A DNA stretch of 62,955 nt, counting the filler, from Chiloscyllium plagiosum (taxonomy: Eukaryota), in the NCBI RefSeq assembly GCF_004010195.1. It is 5 parts of one record of this genome, joined end to end, with 100 filler letters (N's around TTAATTAATTAA, not from the genome) between each part and the next. Parts side by side here need not be neighbours in the genome. Positions count along the whole stretch, not along the records: positions 16,935 to 26,814 come from NC_057715.1; positions 26,915 to 54,275 come from NC_057715.1; 3 more parts are not named here. One strand, written 5' to 3'. The notes under the pieces are model-generated. The model was given only the letters and a program-made list of their open reading frames with translations. It did not search any database and had not been told where the DNA came from. This document shows, in pieces, positions 25,226 to 38,378 of the stretch. Position 1 is the stretch's first letter. Each line of letters opens with the position of its first letter. The translations under genes were made by a program, and so were the position numbers.

Positions 25226-25895
25226 TCCTTCTCTTTCCAACACCTAATCTTCCTTCAAACTATGAAAATCTCCCTGCATTTGGTCTAAAAGGGTCACTAC
25301 TTTATAAGTTCTTTCTCTTCATTGTTTTTTGAATGTGATTCTTTTATCTTTACATGGCAGTAGGGAGGAGAGAATTAAAGCACTGCACAATGTATGCATA
25401 GGAGCTATTAATCGCACCCAGCCTCTCAAGGTAACTAACTGCATCAGAAATTCTCCCCTGGTTTTCAAAAGTTGGTAAGTGCATGAATAACAAAACTTTG
25501 GAGGGCCAAATGCATACAAGTGGGACTTGTTCAGTTTGGGAGCATGGTTGGCATTTCTAGTTGGACTGAAGGGTCTGTGTTCCATGCTGAATGATGCTAT
25601 GCCTCTATTTGGAGAATGTTTGGACACATAATGGTTGCACTGGGTTTTTGCATGAGAACGAACAATTTTCAACATAACCTGAGAGTTACAAGCAAGTGCA
25701 GCACCCTACAAAATGGAAAGTCCAAATATACATCCTTTCAGTTGAACTAAAAAGAATTTACAACAACTTCCTTGCATAGGGGTAAGAAACCCTTTTGGTA
25801 CAGAAAAAAATAAAGAGAAGGAACTGGCATTCATATAGCACCTGATCACATCTGGCTGATATTTCACCACGCTGTCTATACAGTTAGTGATATTG

Positions 25896-26113
25896 AAGTG
25901 TAGTCACTAGGCAAACTCTGGTGAGATGAGAGTCAGTCTGTATTGTATAAATCTAGCTGGTTTTCCCTATTTTGCTGGTTTTGTTTTAATCATTTATTAG
26001 TATAAAGTGTAGTCACTAGGCAAACTCTGGTGAGATGAGAGTCAGTCTGTATTGTATAAATCTAGCTGGTTTTCCCTATTTTGCTGGTTTTGTTTTAATC
26101 ATTTATTAGTATA
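25896..26113. repeat. Perfect 109-bp tandem duplication
   Basis: AAGTGTAGTCACTAGG...TTTATTAGTATA at 25896-26004 and 26005-26113, directly abutting a CR1 (GAACATA)n tail. Confidence 0.9.
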
Positions 26114-26790
26114 GAACATAGAACATAGAACATAGAAGAATACAACGCAGTACAGGCCCTTCGGCCCTCGATGTTGCGCCGATCCAAGCCCACCTAACCT
26201 ACATTAGCCCACTATCCTCCATATGCCTATCCAATGCCCGCTTAAATGCCCATAAAGAGGGAGAGTCCACCACTGCTACTGCAGGGCATTCCATGAACTC
26301 ACGACTCACTGAGTAAAGAACCTACCCCTAACATCTGCCCTTTACCTACCACCCCTTAATTTAAAGCTATGACCCCTTGTAATAGCTGACTCCATACGTG
26401 GAAAAACATTCTCACTGTCTACCCTATCTAAACCCCTAATCATCTTATACACCTCTATCAAGTCACCCCTAAACCTTCTTTTCTCCAATAAAAACAACCC
26501 AAAGTGCCTCAGCCTTTCCTCATACGACCTTTCTACCATACCAGGCAACATCCTGGTAAACCTCCTCTGCACCCGTCCCAGTGCCTCCACATCCTTCCTA
26601 TAGTATGGCGACCAAAACTGCACACAATACTCCAGATGCGGCAGCACCAGAGTCTTATACAACTGCAACATGACCTCAGTACTCCAGAACTCAATTCCTC
26701 TACCAATAAAAGCCAGTACGCCATATGCCTTCCTCACCGCACTATTTACCTGGGTGGCAACTTTCAAAGATCTGTGTACATGGACACATG
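26114..26790 (-). mobile_element. Young CR1 LINE 3' end
   Basis: Open 141-aa frame KVATQV..LQLYKTLVLPHLEYCVQFWSPYYRKDV..TRGHSFKLRG; tail (TATGTTC)3. Confidence 0.9.
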
Positions 26791-26814
26791 GATAATGTCG
26801 ATAAATGTGAGGTT

Positions 26815-26914
26815 NNNNNNNNNNNNNNNNNNNNNNNNNNNNNNNNNNNNNNNNNNNNTTAATTAATTAANNNNNNNNNNNNNNNNNNNNNNNNNNNNNN
26901 NNNNNNNNNNNNNN
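26815..26914. other. Assembly gap with TTAATTAATTAA linker
   Basis: 44N + 12 + 44N. Confidence 0.97.
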
Positions 26915-27572
26915 TAGGATAGTGAAGAAGGCGATTGATATGCTTTTCTTTATTGGTCAGAGTATTGAGTACAGGAGTTGGGAGGTCATGTTACGGCTGT
27001 ACAGGACATTGGTTAGGCCACTGTTGGAAGATTGCATGCAATTCTGGTCTCCTTCCTATTGGAAAGATGTTGTGAAACTTGAAAGGGTTCAGAAAAGATT
27101 TACAAGGATGTTGCCAGGGTTGGAGGATCTGTGCTACAGGGAGAGGCTGAACAGGCTGGGGCTGTTTTCCCTGGAGCATCGGAGGCTGAGGGGTGACCTT
27201 ATAGAGGTTTACAAAATTATGAGGGGCATGGATAGGATAAAAAGACAATGTCTTTTCCCTGGGATGGGGGAGTCCAGAACTAAAGGGCATAGGTTTAGGG
27301 TGAGAGGGGAAAGATATAAAAGAGACTTTATGAGGCAACATTTTCAGGCAGAGGGTGGTATGTGAATGAGCTGCCAGAGGATGTGGTGGAGGCTGGTACA
27401 ATTGCAACATTTAAGAGACATTTGGATGGGTATATGAATAGGAAGGGTTTGGAGGGATATGGGCTGGGCGCTGGCAGGTGGGACTAGATTAGGTTGGGAT
27501 ATCTGGTCGGCATGGACGGTTTGGACCGAAGGGTCTGTTTCCATGCTATACATCTCTATGACTCTATGACTC
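26915..27572 (+). mobile_element. Young CR1 LINE 3' end
   Basis: Open 147-aa frame RLYRTLVRPLLEDCMQFWSP..RRLRGDLIEVYKIMRG; tail (CTCTATGA)n. Confidence 0.9.
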
Positions 27573-27629
27573 TAAGGTTTCTCAAGTTAATTCATATGGG
27601 TAGAAGTTAAAACCGAACAGAGGCAGTCA

Positions 27630-28570
27630 TTTTACTGGGGGTGTAATTTTGATCCCCAAATGTCAGGGAGAGATAGACAAATATGTGAACAAATCTCAGC
27701 AGTGTACAAATAATACGGCGAGAATAGTGTGGGATTTCCAACTTCCTCAATATTACCTGGGCGAGACAATAAGTTGAAAGGCTTACCAAGGGTGAAGTAC
27801 TTGAACTGTGTTCGGTTTGTAGAGAGTCCTAGAAGATGGGACATGGTGCTGTAGCTAATCTTAGAGAACAAAGCTCGGCAAGCTGTAGATGTGACAATGT
27901 AGTTGCAATTGCAAAATGGAACATTTTGGTGACAGTGACTACAATTCAGTTAGATTTAAGGTAATTATGGAAAAGGACAAAGGTAAACTGGGAATAATTG
28001 ATGAAAACCCAATTTTAATTTTAAAAGGGTAACACTGAAAGTGTAGGACGAACACATTCCTGGAAAGATGAAGGCTGGGACCAACAAGTGCAGATGTCAA
28101 GGATGTACAGGATAAGGAAAGCATAGGATACTCATGGTAGATACTAAAGCTCAAAGCAACAGAAAGCATCAAGGAACATAAAAAGTGCAGGGGGGTTTGG
28201 GAGAGTGAAGAAGGCACATGAAAAAATACTGGTGGGTAACATTAAGGAAAATCCGACAGAATTTTGCAAATATGTTAGGGGCAAGAGAATAACCAGGAAA
28301 AGAGTCGGGCCCAGTAAGAACCAAAATGGCAAGAAGGCATAGGTGAGATTTTAAACATGTACTTTATATCTGTATTAAAAATAGAGAAGGATTATATAGG
28401 TTTAAAATCTGGGAGTGGGAACTGTGATACACTTAGACAAATTTAGCAGTGCGAGGGAGGAGGAAATTAAGGGTTTTAGCAGGCTTGAAAATGGATAAAT
28501 CCCCAGGCCCAGATGTGATGTAGTGCAGGCTGCTGTGGGAGGCTAGGAAGGAGTTTGTAGGGGCTCTGAA
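27630..28570 (+). mobile_element. CR1 ORF2 endonuclease/linker remnant
   Basis: Degenerate GDFNF, EHFGDSDYNSVRFKVIMEKD, NIKENPTEFCKYVRGK and DKSPGPD motifs. Confidence 0.65.
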
Positions 28571-30164
28571 AATAGCTGTGTTGGGATTTAAGCCTCTATG
28601 ATTCCCTCCCTCTGAGTCAATCCAAAGTCATTGGTATGAGGCCACCATCTACCCTATAGTGTATCCAGGTAGTTCTGGGGTAACCTGTGTTTCAGCAGCG
28701 CGATTTGGCTATAACGTTCCAAAGAATTAGAAACTGTACTTTCAAGAGCACTTACCTCAGTTTGCAATAGCACAATTCCAGCGGGGATCACTTCACATGC
28801 ACATACGCCGATGTCAGCTACTGACAGAGCAGCTTTCTGTCAGAGGTACTGTACAGAGAACAGCTTTCTTACATTTTTAAAAATGGGTTGAATTTACCTT
28901 TGTTTTGTTAAGAAATATGATTTCAACCTTCATTCAGCTGTGGTATACTTTGCCTTAGACCTTTGAGTGATTTTTGAGCGATCGTGAGTGATCTTTTTGC
29001 TGGTCTGCCCCAACTTCACTTTTTCCATATGCCCCATTATTTCTATTAAGCGAAGTTTCACTGGAATGCAACTACAGCTTTATAGGAGAACCACCTGTAC
29101 TGAAGACTGTGTCCACATTATTGTCCAGGTTCCTGAAGTTCATCATCAGCATGGTAGTCTTTAGTTACACAACTGGTGATGGTATGGCATTTATTGTGGC
29201 AGAGTGGGCGCCATTGCTTGGATTGCTGACAGCTGGTGTGAGCCAGATTTGCTTTGGGTATGTTTTAATGTCTCCTGGTAGCCACCCCTTAAGTCTGTTT
29301 CCAGGTCAGAAACATGAGGAAGCAAGGGCTGCTGAATGTGGCATCACAATGAAATGGCACAGTTTTACAGTGCTTTACGCATGAAGCAAGTGCAAGGTGA
29401 GTAGACTCTTTTTTATACGGTGCATAGTTAAGGTCAGGAATACATGGTGGAGGCACGTTCAATTGAGGCACTCATGAGGGCAATGGATGATTTTTTAAAC
29501 AGAAACATTGTGCAGGGTTATGGGGGAAAAACACTAAGTTAAAATACTCAGCGAGCCAGTGCAAACTTGATGGTCTGAATGGCCTCCTTCTGTATGGTAA
29601 TCACTCTGTGATAACAGTTGCCAAGTAACCCTGACCATACCTACATATTGATCCTTTTGTGGTTCCACACTGGATAGAGAGAAAAGCCTTGTACTTCTGG
29701 TTGTGCATGGATTACCAAATGTGCACAATCTACGCTCATGAGAATCCTGACAGCGATACAAACATTACTGCCAGCTTGTGCTGACTGAACTCAGCAAGCA
29801 AGGATTTCCAGCTCTGATAAACAAGCCATCAGTACCTGCCTCACCTGTGTGGCTCATCAATTGGGAAATCCAGGATATTTCTGCTTCAGACCTCTGGAAG
29901 AATCCAGAAGCAAGGAAGCTGAGGGCAGTAGTGACTTTGACAGTCATGAGGTCCCGTTGTCAGCAAATATTTCTGCCAACTCCGTGACTCCTGAGATATA
30001 ATTTCTTTTGTTGTGTTACTGAAGATAGCCCACTGCTTGTTTGCAGTATTGTTTGCAAACTGCACCCTCTGCTATTTCCCCTCTCTTGTACAGATGGGTG
30101 TCCAGCAGGTTGTCACTAATGTTAATCGTCTCTTCCATTGTCTGACATTTGATCAGGAAGTCTA

Positions 30165-31110
30165 TCATCTCAATTCCAGGACGTCTCTGCAAGAGTTTCT
30201 CTGGATAATGTCCTTGACCCAACCATCTTCAGTTGCTTCATCACCCTCCCTCCTTCATAAAGTCAGAAGTGGGGATACTCAGCACCATTCATGACTCCAC
30301 AAATACTGAATCAGTTTATGTCCAAATGTCACAAGACCTTAACAGTATGCAGTCTTAGGCTGAAATGGGTAATACTCACACTACACAAATGCCAGGCAAT
30401 GATCATCTTCAACCAGAGAGAATGTAACCATCGTAACTTGACAAGCAATGGCATTACCATCACTGAATCTTCCATTATTAACATCCTGGGATTACCATTG
30501 GCCAGAAACTCAATTGGACTCACCACAAAACACAATGGCTACAACAGCAGGTCAGAGGAATCCTGCAGGGACTAACTCAGCTCCTGACTCCCCAAAGCCT
30601 GCACCCCCCATCTTCAAGGCACTAGTCAAGATTGTCAAGGATCCTACTTAATCCCACTTGAGTGGATGAGTGAAGCTCAAATGACTCTCAAAATGCACAC
30701 CATCCAGGACTAAGTGACCTGCTTGTTTGGCACCACAGCCACATGTATCCAGTCCCTCTACCATTGGCACTCGGTGGCAACAGTGTGTACTATGTACAAG
30801 ATGTACTGCAGAAATTCAGCAAGGCTCTTCAGCCCACAACCAATACCATCTAGAAGGACAAAGGCAGCAGAGATATAGGAACACCACCATTTGCAGGTTC
30901 TCTAAGCTACTCAGCATTCTGACTTCAAAATATTTCGCTGTTCCTTCTGTGTCACTGGGTTTAAATTCTCCAACTCTCTCCTAACAGCATTGTGAGTCTA
31001 CCTACAGCACATGGATTGCATTGATTCAAGAAGGCTGCTCATTAGATCACTTTCTCAAGGGCATCTGGGGATGGGGGCTAAATGCTGGTCTGGCTGGTGC
31101 AGACTATCAT
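30165..31110 (+). mobile_element. LINE family B fragment
   Basis: Colinear similarity to 22920-23870 (HKCQAMIIFNQRECNH..NGITITES..NILG). Confidence 0.75.
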
Positions 31111-32229
31111 TGAGTCTATTTAAAAAGTGGAAACAGGCTACAGTCTTGATCTGTGTGCAGTTACCTGTATTTGAAAGTTGCAGTCTGAACTGTGAAGTAA
31201 ACCTGAATTACATTCTCAAGCTGCTTAAATTTGTGTTATTTACCAATAACACACGAAATACAACAAAACCGCACTGGTCTCACTCTAGTCGAGTGGCTGA
31301 CACGTGTTAATAAGCAAGCTGCTTCACCTGACCAGTTTGTAAGCATGTAGTTGCATTGATCTAAGACTCCAGTTATAACTTTCATACCCCTACCCAAATT
31401 CTGATGTTCCTCCACGCTGTATTCCTCTCAGTGACCCTGTTTTTCTCTCCAAAGATGCTGTCAGACCCATTGAGTGTTTTCTAGGATCTTCTGTTTTTAT
31501 TTCATAACTCCAGCATCTGCAGTATTCAAATCTCTACTTCGGATGGTTTTACTATTATCTTATTCTAATCACTTGGGAAGGAAATAAACATCGATTCACC
31601 AATAGAAAACTCTCTGCCTAATGAATAAGGAAATAATCTGTGAGATGCAGTAAAATATCCACGTATATGACCACGTAACACCCAGGATCAAAACATGACT
31701 CCTTCACCCTTATCCAGTCCTCTGTGGCCCTTACATTTCACTATGATGAATGATTATGAAACTGGCTGCTGAAGGATTCGTGCTTTGGCCTCGAAATGTG
31801 CCGCATGACCCACCGCATAGCCCGTAGAGGCTGGAAGAAGAGAATTACAACCAGGCGCAGAACATGAAATGTGCCAAAACTGAGCGAGCACTCGATGCTA
31901 GTTGCGCCTTTTAACAGATGGATAGTAATGGGGCAGAATTTTCAACCTTCTCCCCTGTCCTGCCTATTTTTCTTTTGAGTCAAAGGTGGATCTCTATGGA
32001 AAGAGAGCTCCCTGTGCAATTCTTGAAGAGAATGCCAGTTTTACTGCAGAAAGGCCACTGCACTTGCAGGAGTCCCAAAGCACTTTACAGACAATTAATT
32101 ACCAACATTCTGCTTATATTAGGGCTGTACAGTCACACACATTAGCCTATAATTCCCAGTTTCTGACTTACTGCCCTGTTTAAGCAATCAGAGATCTGAA
32201 CAAACTGTAAAATTTATAACAACCAACAG

Positions 32230-32620
32230 CTTGCATAACATAGTCCTTCTGTCTTTTACAGGCATGTAAAACTCTTAAAAACATTTCATTGGGTAGATTC
32301 AGTGAAATCATTTGCTCTGATGTGGAGGGATCGAGAACAAGGGGAGGTGATCTTAAAATTAGAGCTAGACAGTTTAGGAGGGAAACCAGGAAACACAGGT
32401 TCCCATAAAGAGTAGCAGAAATCTGGAACTTGCTCCACAAAGAGATTATTGAGCCTTCATCAATTGAAGCTTTGAAGAGATTATGAGAGACTGTTGGGCA
32501 AGAGTCTGAAGAGATAAAGAGTTAAGATGGGCCACGGAATTGAGGTGCAGATCTATCATAATCTAATTGAATGGGAGAGCAGACTGGAGGCTAAATTGAT
32601 TTCCCCTCTTCCTATGCTCT
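32230..32620 (+). mobile_element. Old CR1 3' fragment
   Basis: GAGAACAAGGGG..CTTAAAATTAGAGCTAG..AGTAGCAGAAATCTGGAACT and a CR1-like 3'UTR. Confidence 0.55.
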
Positions 32621-33344
32621 GAAATTATTCACAATCCCAATCTGTTTTTAAAAACTCTAGAGATGGTTGGTTCTGTATTGAGTTGCATGGATGTAATTTC
32701 AATTTCACCACTGGCTATTCATGATTACCTTTATGTGAAACAGATGAATGTTTAACACCTCAGTGCTATTTTGGCATGAGGAAACCTTGCTCTTTATAAA
32801 CGTACATCTCTGTTTGTCAAGAAAATAGTTGCTCTATAAACCTATGCCTGCAAATGTTACCAGTTCTAATGTTTCTATGTTTCTAATCTCATGGGCTGAA
32901 TAATGGGAATTATGGCTTGCATGTATCTTGAGTAGTTTAAGCCATGGAGTTACACTGGGAGAATCTCATGGGGTGTCAGCTAGTGTGTAGCTTGTTTTAT
33001 GTGCTGTGATGCCAATCAGTACCAGCTTATAATTGGAGTAGTTTGCTGTCACTATCCTGGTCCCTTGATTGGGCATTGTTAGTTTACAGTGGGAGAGAAA
33101 AACCAGGAGTGAGTTTAAATGAGAAATAGCTCTTATCTCAAACAATATGCAATTTAGTAAATTTAGTGACGTTAAGTCTGACATTGTTTGCAAGACTATT
33201 GTGAGACCTATTTTCATCCTACAAGATCTCATTATGTTTTGCCTAATCACTACCCAATTTCTTATCATTTCATCAGATTGGCTGGAGCTTAATTCAGTCT
33301 CTAACATTAAGCATTCCAAAAGCTACATTACGCAATATTTAATT

Positions 33345-33800
33345 TCTTCTTTCATTTGTTCATGGGATGTGGGCATCGTAAACTGGGCCAGCATTTATTT
33401 TCCATCATAATTGCTTTTAAGAAGCTTGGTGATGAGCTGCCTTTTTGAACCACTGCTGTTTATCTGGGATAGATGCACCCATATGGCTGTTAAGGTCGGA
33501 GTTCCAAGATTTTGACCCAGTGAAGGGATGGAAATATATTTCCAAGTTGGTATTTGGCTTGATCAGGAAGTTGTAACTGGTGGTGTTCCAATGTAGTTGC
33601 TGCTCTTGACCTTCTAGGTGGTAGAGATTATAGATTTGGAAGGAGTTCTCTAAGGCGCTTTGATGAATTTCTGCAATGCATCTTATGGATAGTACACACT
33701 GTTGCGTATTGCTGGAAAAGCAGTGAACTTTGAAGCTAGTGAATGTGGTGCCAATCAAGTGGGCTGCTTTTTCTTGGATAGTGCTTTTGGATCTGCACCA
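33345..33800 (-). mobile_element. LINE family B 3' end
   Basis: Reverse complement of the 3'UTR at 23560-23870. Confidence 0.7.
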
Positions 33801-34339
33801 TCCCCCGCCCCCATTCTTGTTATTTCCCCCACTGTTAACATTTATATGCAGTGTATTTCTCCCAAGTCGCTGAACTTTACAAATTCAGGCACTCTGGAGG
33901 TTTCACATTTCTTCCAAAATGCACTCTCATCGGACACTTGCCTGCAATTTGAGGAGGCACACTCACACATAACAGGTAGGAATCAGCACAGTTTTGAAAA
34001 AAACTCAGTGACATCGTAGCAAATTTGTAAGCTGATTTGGAGGTTGGTGAGTATTCAGCACTCATGTCCATGTGCAAAGAGCTGGATTCATTGGAGCTGA
34101 TTGGTGGGAAATTTTACTTTCTAGTTTCCAGGTGAAACATTGCAGTCTGAAAGTAAACTCAAGGTGTTGCTGGGCAGCCCAAGCTGCATGAAATGCCAAT
34201 CCTGTGCCATATACGGAGTCCAGACTGCCTCCTGTGGCCTGGACAATCATATGTACGGGACATGTACTCAATTTTGAAAGCTTGCAGTCCTATTTTTGGA
34301 ACTTGAGTGGAGGTTTAAGTCATTGTGGTATGTCTGCAA

Positions 34340-35170
34340 ACCTGAGAACTATGTGGAAAGTGTGTTTACCCCAGTGGTTTCACCACAGGTTAAGACCAGG
34401 CAGGAAAGGAGGGAGTGGGTGACCACTAGGGGCGGCACGGTGGCTCAGTGGTTACCAGTGCTGCCTCACAGAACCAGGGTCCCAGGTTTGATTCCAGCCT
34501 CGGGCGACTGTCTGTGTGGAATTTGCACATTCTCCCCACGTCTGCGTGGGTTTCCTCCAGGTTCGTCCCACAGTCCAAAGATATGCAGGTCAGGTGAATT
34601 AGCCAAGTTAAATTGCCCATAGTGTTAGGTGCATTAGTCAGAGGGAAATGGGTCTGGGTGGGTTACTCTTCGGAGGGTCAGTGTGGACTTGTTGGGCCTA
34701 AGGGCCTGTTTCCACTCTGTAAGTAATCTAATCTAGAAAGGCCAAGCAGGTGGTACAGGAGATGCATGAGTCCAACTCACTAACAGTTTTCCACTTTAGA
34801 TGCAGGTAAATGTGATCATTCATTACAGGAATATGACAAGAGCCAAACTTATGGCACCACAACAGGTTCAGCTGAACAGATGAGTTGAATGAAGAATGGA
34901 AGGACAATAGTAGTAGGTAACTGAATATTTAAAGGAGCAGACAGATGTTTCTGTAGCCATAGACGTAACTGAAGGATGGTACGTTTTATCCATGCTACCA
35001 GGATCCAGAATGTTACAGACTGGCTGCAGGTAAGTCTTTTGGGGAAGAATGAAGATCTAGAGGTCATGGTCAACTGTGACACCAACATTATAAATAGAGA
35101 GAGGTATGATATCCTTAAAATAGAAATTAGGGAGCTGGGCAAGGGTCTAAAAAGTAGGACATCGAAGGCA
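34340..35170 (+). mobile_element. CR1 ORF1 remnant (SGNH esterase-like domain), interrupted by an HE1 SINE
   Basis: GRTIVVGN*IFKGADRCFC..RMVRFIHATRIQNVTDWLQ..EVMVNCDTN..RELGKGLKSRTSK matches the CR1 ORF1 pattern IVIGDS..RMVCCLPGARV..VVVHIGTND..ELG.KLKSRTS. Confidence 0.7.
34428..34735 (+). mobile_element. HE1-type V-SINE, full length
   Basis: GGGGCGGCACGGTGGCTCAGTGG head, V-domain and (AATCT)n tail. Confidence 0.9.
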
Positions 35171-35178
35171 GAAGACTT

Positions 35179-35208
35179 CTGGTGAAGAGTCACCAGACTC
35201 GAAAGGTT
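35179..35208 (+). ncRNA. Degenerate hammerhead core (PLE family 3)
   Basis: CTGGTGA-A-GAGTC-ACCA-GACTC-GAAA-GGTT: perfect 5-bp stem II, substitutions at A6 and in stem III. Confidence 0.5.
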
Positions 35209-36549
35209 AACTCAGATTTCTTCTCACAAATGCTGCCAGACACGGTGAGTTTCACCAGCAGTTTCTGTTTTTGGTCCAAAGGGACCATAGAATTTTATCT
35301 CAGTAGCCCGCAATTTGTGTTTCTTCCCCCATGGGAATAGATAAGATAGACGTAAAGAGGATGTTTCCACTGGCAGGTGAAACTAGGACAAGAGGGCATA
35401 GTTTCAAAATTAGGGGGAGCTGATTTAGGACTGAATTGAGGAGGAACTCCTTCACCCAGAGGATTTGGAGGTGCCAGTGTTGGACTGGGGTGTACAAAGT
35501 TAAAAATCACACCACACCAGGTTATAGTCCAACAGGTTTATTTAGAAGCACTAGCTGTCAGAGCGCTGCTCCTTCATCAGGTGGTCGTGGAGTATAAGAT
35601 TGTAAGACACAGAATTTACAGCAAAAGTCTAAAGTGTGATGTAACTGAAATTATATATTGAAAAAGATCTGGATTGTTTGTTAAGTCTCTCATCTTGTGG
35701 AATGACCATGTTGGTTTCAGTTCTTTCATATGTAAATCACAGAACTTTTTTAAAAGTCACACTCTCAAGTGAACTTTAACAATTGGTGTCATGTCAGCCC
35801 AGATAATGCATTGACGGTGCATACAACCTTTTCACTGTAGACACTGCAAGACATGTCAGAATGTTGACACAGATACCACCATTATATGCGGGGACACCTC
35901 CCACAATGTACATGGTAGGTACTCATGCAACTCAGTGAACATTGTCTATCTCATATGTTGTAGGCAAGGATGCCCTGAGGCGAGACCAAGCAGAGGCTAT
36001 GGCAACGGATGAATGGACACTGCGCAACAATCAACAGACAGGAGTTTTCCCTCCCAGTCGGAGAACACTTCAGCAGTCCGGGACATTCGACTTTGGACCT
36101 TCGGGTGACCGTCCTCCAAGGCAGACTTCGGGACAGGCAACAAGGCAAAGTGGCTGAGCAGAGGCTGACAACCAAGTTCGGTACTCATGGGAATGACTTC
36201 AACCGGGACCTTGGGTTCATGTCACACTACTGGTGACCCCATTGCACTTTACACACACACACACACACACACTCCTATAGATCCATATGCTCACGCGGAC
36301 CCTCTCCCATACGCTCACACATATACTCCCACACTGACGCACACACCCTCTCACACTGTCTCACAAACACTCATAACCCCGTTTTCCCCCCCCCCCCACA
36401 AACACACACATACACACACACAGGTTTGTGGGTGAATTTGTACTTGCAGAATTGCATTCAATACATTTAACTTTCCTCAAAAACTGCAGGAATCCATGTA
36501 AGATTCTGTAAATCTGTTTTTTAGTTTCGAATCAGTCTGACCATTGGGG

Positions 36550-36703
36550 TAAAAACAATGACTGCAGATGCTGGAAACCAGATTCTGGATTAGTGGTGCT
36601 GGAAGAGCACAGCAGTTCAAGCAGCATCCAAGGAGTTTCGAAATCGACGTTTCGGGCAAAAGCCCTTCCTGATGAAGGGCTTTTGCCCGAAACGTCGATT
36701 TCG
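36550..36703. mobile_element. PLE family-1 mini-element nested in a family-2 PLE
   Basis: 13-bp TSD CTGACCATTGGGG at 36537-36549 and 36704-36716. Tight hairpin GAAATCGACGTTTCGGGCAAAAGCCCTTC / GAAGGGCTTTTGCCCGAAACGTCGATTTC. Confidence 0.85.
36669..36696 (+). ncRNA. Minimal hammerhead ribozyme core (family 1)
   Basis: CTGATGA-A-GGGC-TTTT-GCCC-GAAA-CGTC. Confidence 0.75.
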
Positions 36704-37108
36704 CTGACCATTGGGGAACAGACAGTCTCACACAGGGCAGTCCATACATTCAATGCATTATCTGGGCCGACATGACACCAATTGTTAAAGTTCACTTGAG
36801 AATGTAACTTTTAAAAAAGCTTTGTGATTTACATATGAAAGAACTGAAACCAACATGTTCAATCTAAAGGACGAGAGACTTAACAACCAATTTGGGTCTT
36901 CTTCAATATATAATTTCAGTTACATCACATTGTAAACTTTTGCTATAAATTCTGTGTCTTACAATTTTATATTCCACAACTACCTGATGAAGGAGCAGCA
37001 CTCTGAAAACTAGTGCTTCCAAATAAACCTGTTGGACTATATCCTGGTGTTGTGAGATATTTAACGCAGAGGGTTGTGAATCTATGGAATTGCCTACCCA
37101 GTGAAGTA

Positions 37109-38378
37109 GTTGACACTACTTCAGTAAATGTTTTAAAAGCTAAGATAGATTCTTTTTGAACAGTAAAGGAATTAAGGGATTTGATGCGAGGGTGGGTAAG
37201 TGGAGCTGAGTCCACGAAAAGATCAGCGCTGATCTAATGGCAATACAGGCCCGAAGGGCCAGGTGGCCTACTCCTGCTCCTAGTTCTTATGTTCTTATGC
37301 CAAATGATCTGACAAGACAGCGACACTCGCCCCTTTACCAATCTTGAGCATAATGAGATTTCCATAGACGTCAACAGGTTTGGCCAAACTTGAGTTGGTT
37401 GGATCACCAGTTTCCGCACCTTTGCAGAATTACATTACATTGGGCAGTGTAATGCCAGTGGTTCTATCGTATTAACATCTTTGTATGAGTAGTCAATTGA
37501 ATCTTTGTTACTCTAAAGTTGCAACCTATTTTTACACATCTTCTTGAAGTGACCTATTGTTTTAATGATATAATGTTTCTTGTTAACAGCTGTAGACTGT
37601 TATGCTTATTCTGTAATACTGATGCTGACTTTTAGTATCTGCAAGGAGAAAGTGAGTACTGCAGATGCTGGAGATTAGAGTCGAGAATGTAGTGCTGGAA
37701 AAGCACAGCAGGTCAGGCAGCATCGGAGGAACGTCATTCTTGATGAAGGGCTTATTCCCAAAACGTCGATTCTCCTCCTTGGATGCTGCCTGATCAGCTG
37801 TGCTTTTCCAGCAGTGCACTCTCAACTCTTAATCTCCAGCATCTGCAGTACTCACTTTCTCCTTGCAGATGCTAAAAGTCAGTATCAGTATTACAGAATA
37901 AGCATAACAGTCTACAGCTATTAACAAGAAATGTTATATCATTAAAACAATAGGTCACTTCAAGAAGATGTGTAAAAATAGGTTGCAACTTTAGAGTAAC
38001 AAAGATTCAATTGGCTACTCATACAAAGATGTTAATACGATAGAACCACTGGCATTAGAAAAGGTGCCCAATGTAATGTAATTCTGCAAAGGTGCGGAAA
38101 TTGGTGATCCAACCAACTCAAGTTTGGCCAAACCTGTTGACGTCTATGGAAATCTCATTATGCTCAAGATTGGTAAAGGGGCGAGTGTCGCTGTCTTGTC
38201 AGATCATTTGGCATAAGAACATAAGAACTAGGAGCAGGAGTAGGCCATCTGGCCCTTCGGGCCTGTATTGCCATTAGATCAGCGCTGATCTTTTCATGGA
38301 CTCAGCTCCACTTAATTCCTTTACCGTTCGAAAAGAATCTATCTTAGCTTTTAAAACATTTACTGAAGTAGTGTCAAC
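37109..38378. repeat. ~1.27-kb inverted duplication (palindrome) centred on a PLE hairpin element
   Basis: ORFs 37234-37419(-) and 38092-38277(+) are near-identical. The arms run out to GTTGACACTACTTCAG / CTGAAGTAGTGTCAAC. Centre at about 37755. Confidence 0.93.

Larger units (their letters stand above)
35466..37055 (+). mobile_element. PLE family 2: inverted pLTR (35466-35815) + GIY-YIG 3' ORF + pLTR, inserted in a CR1
   Basis: MNGHCATI..PVGEHFS..HS..DLRVTVLQG..AEQRLTTKFGTH..NRDLGF. Terminal regions are inverted copies. The CR1 sequence at 35335-35465 resumes at about 37058. Confidence 0.85.

Noticed and set aside
37234..38277. Pair of near-identical 61-aa ORFs read as duplicated genes
   Set aside because: They are a by-product of the inverted duplication, start at GTG, and run into CR1 3'UTR sequence.
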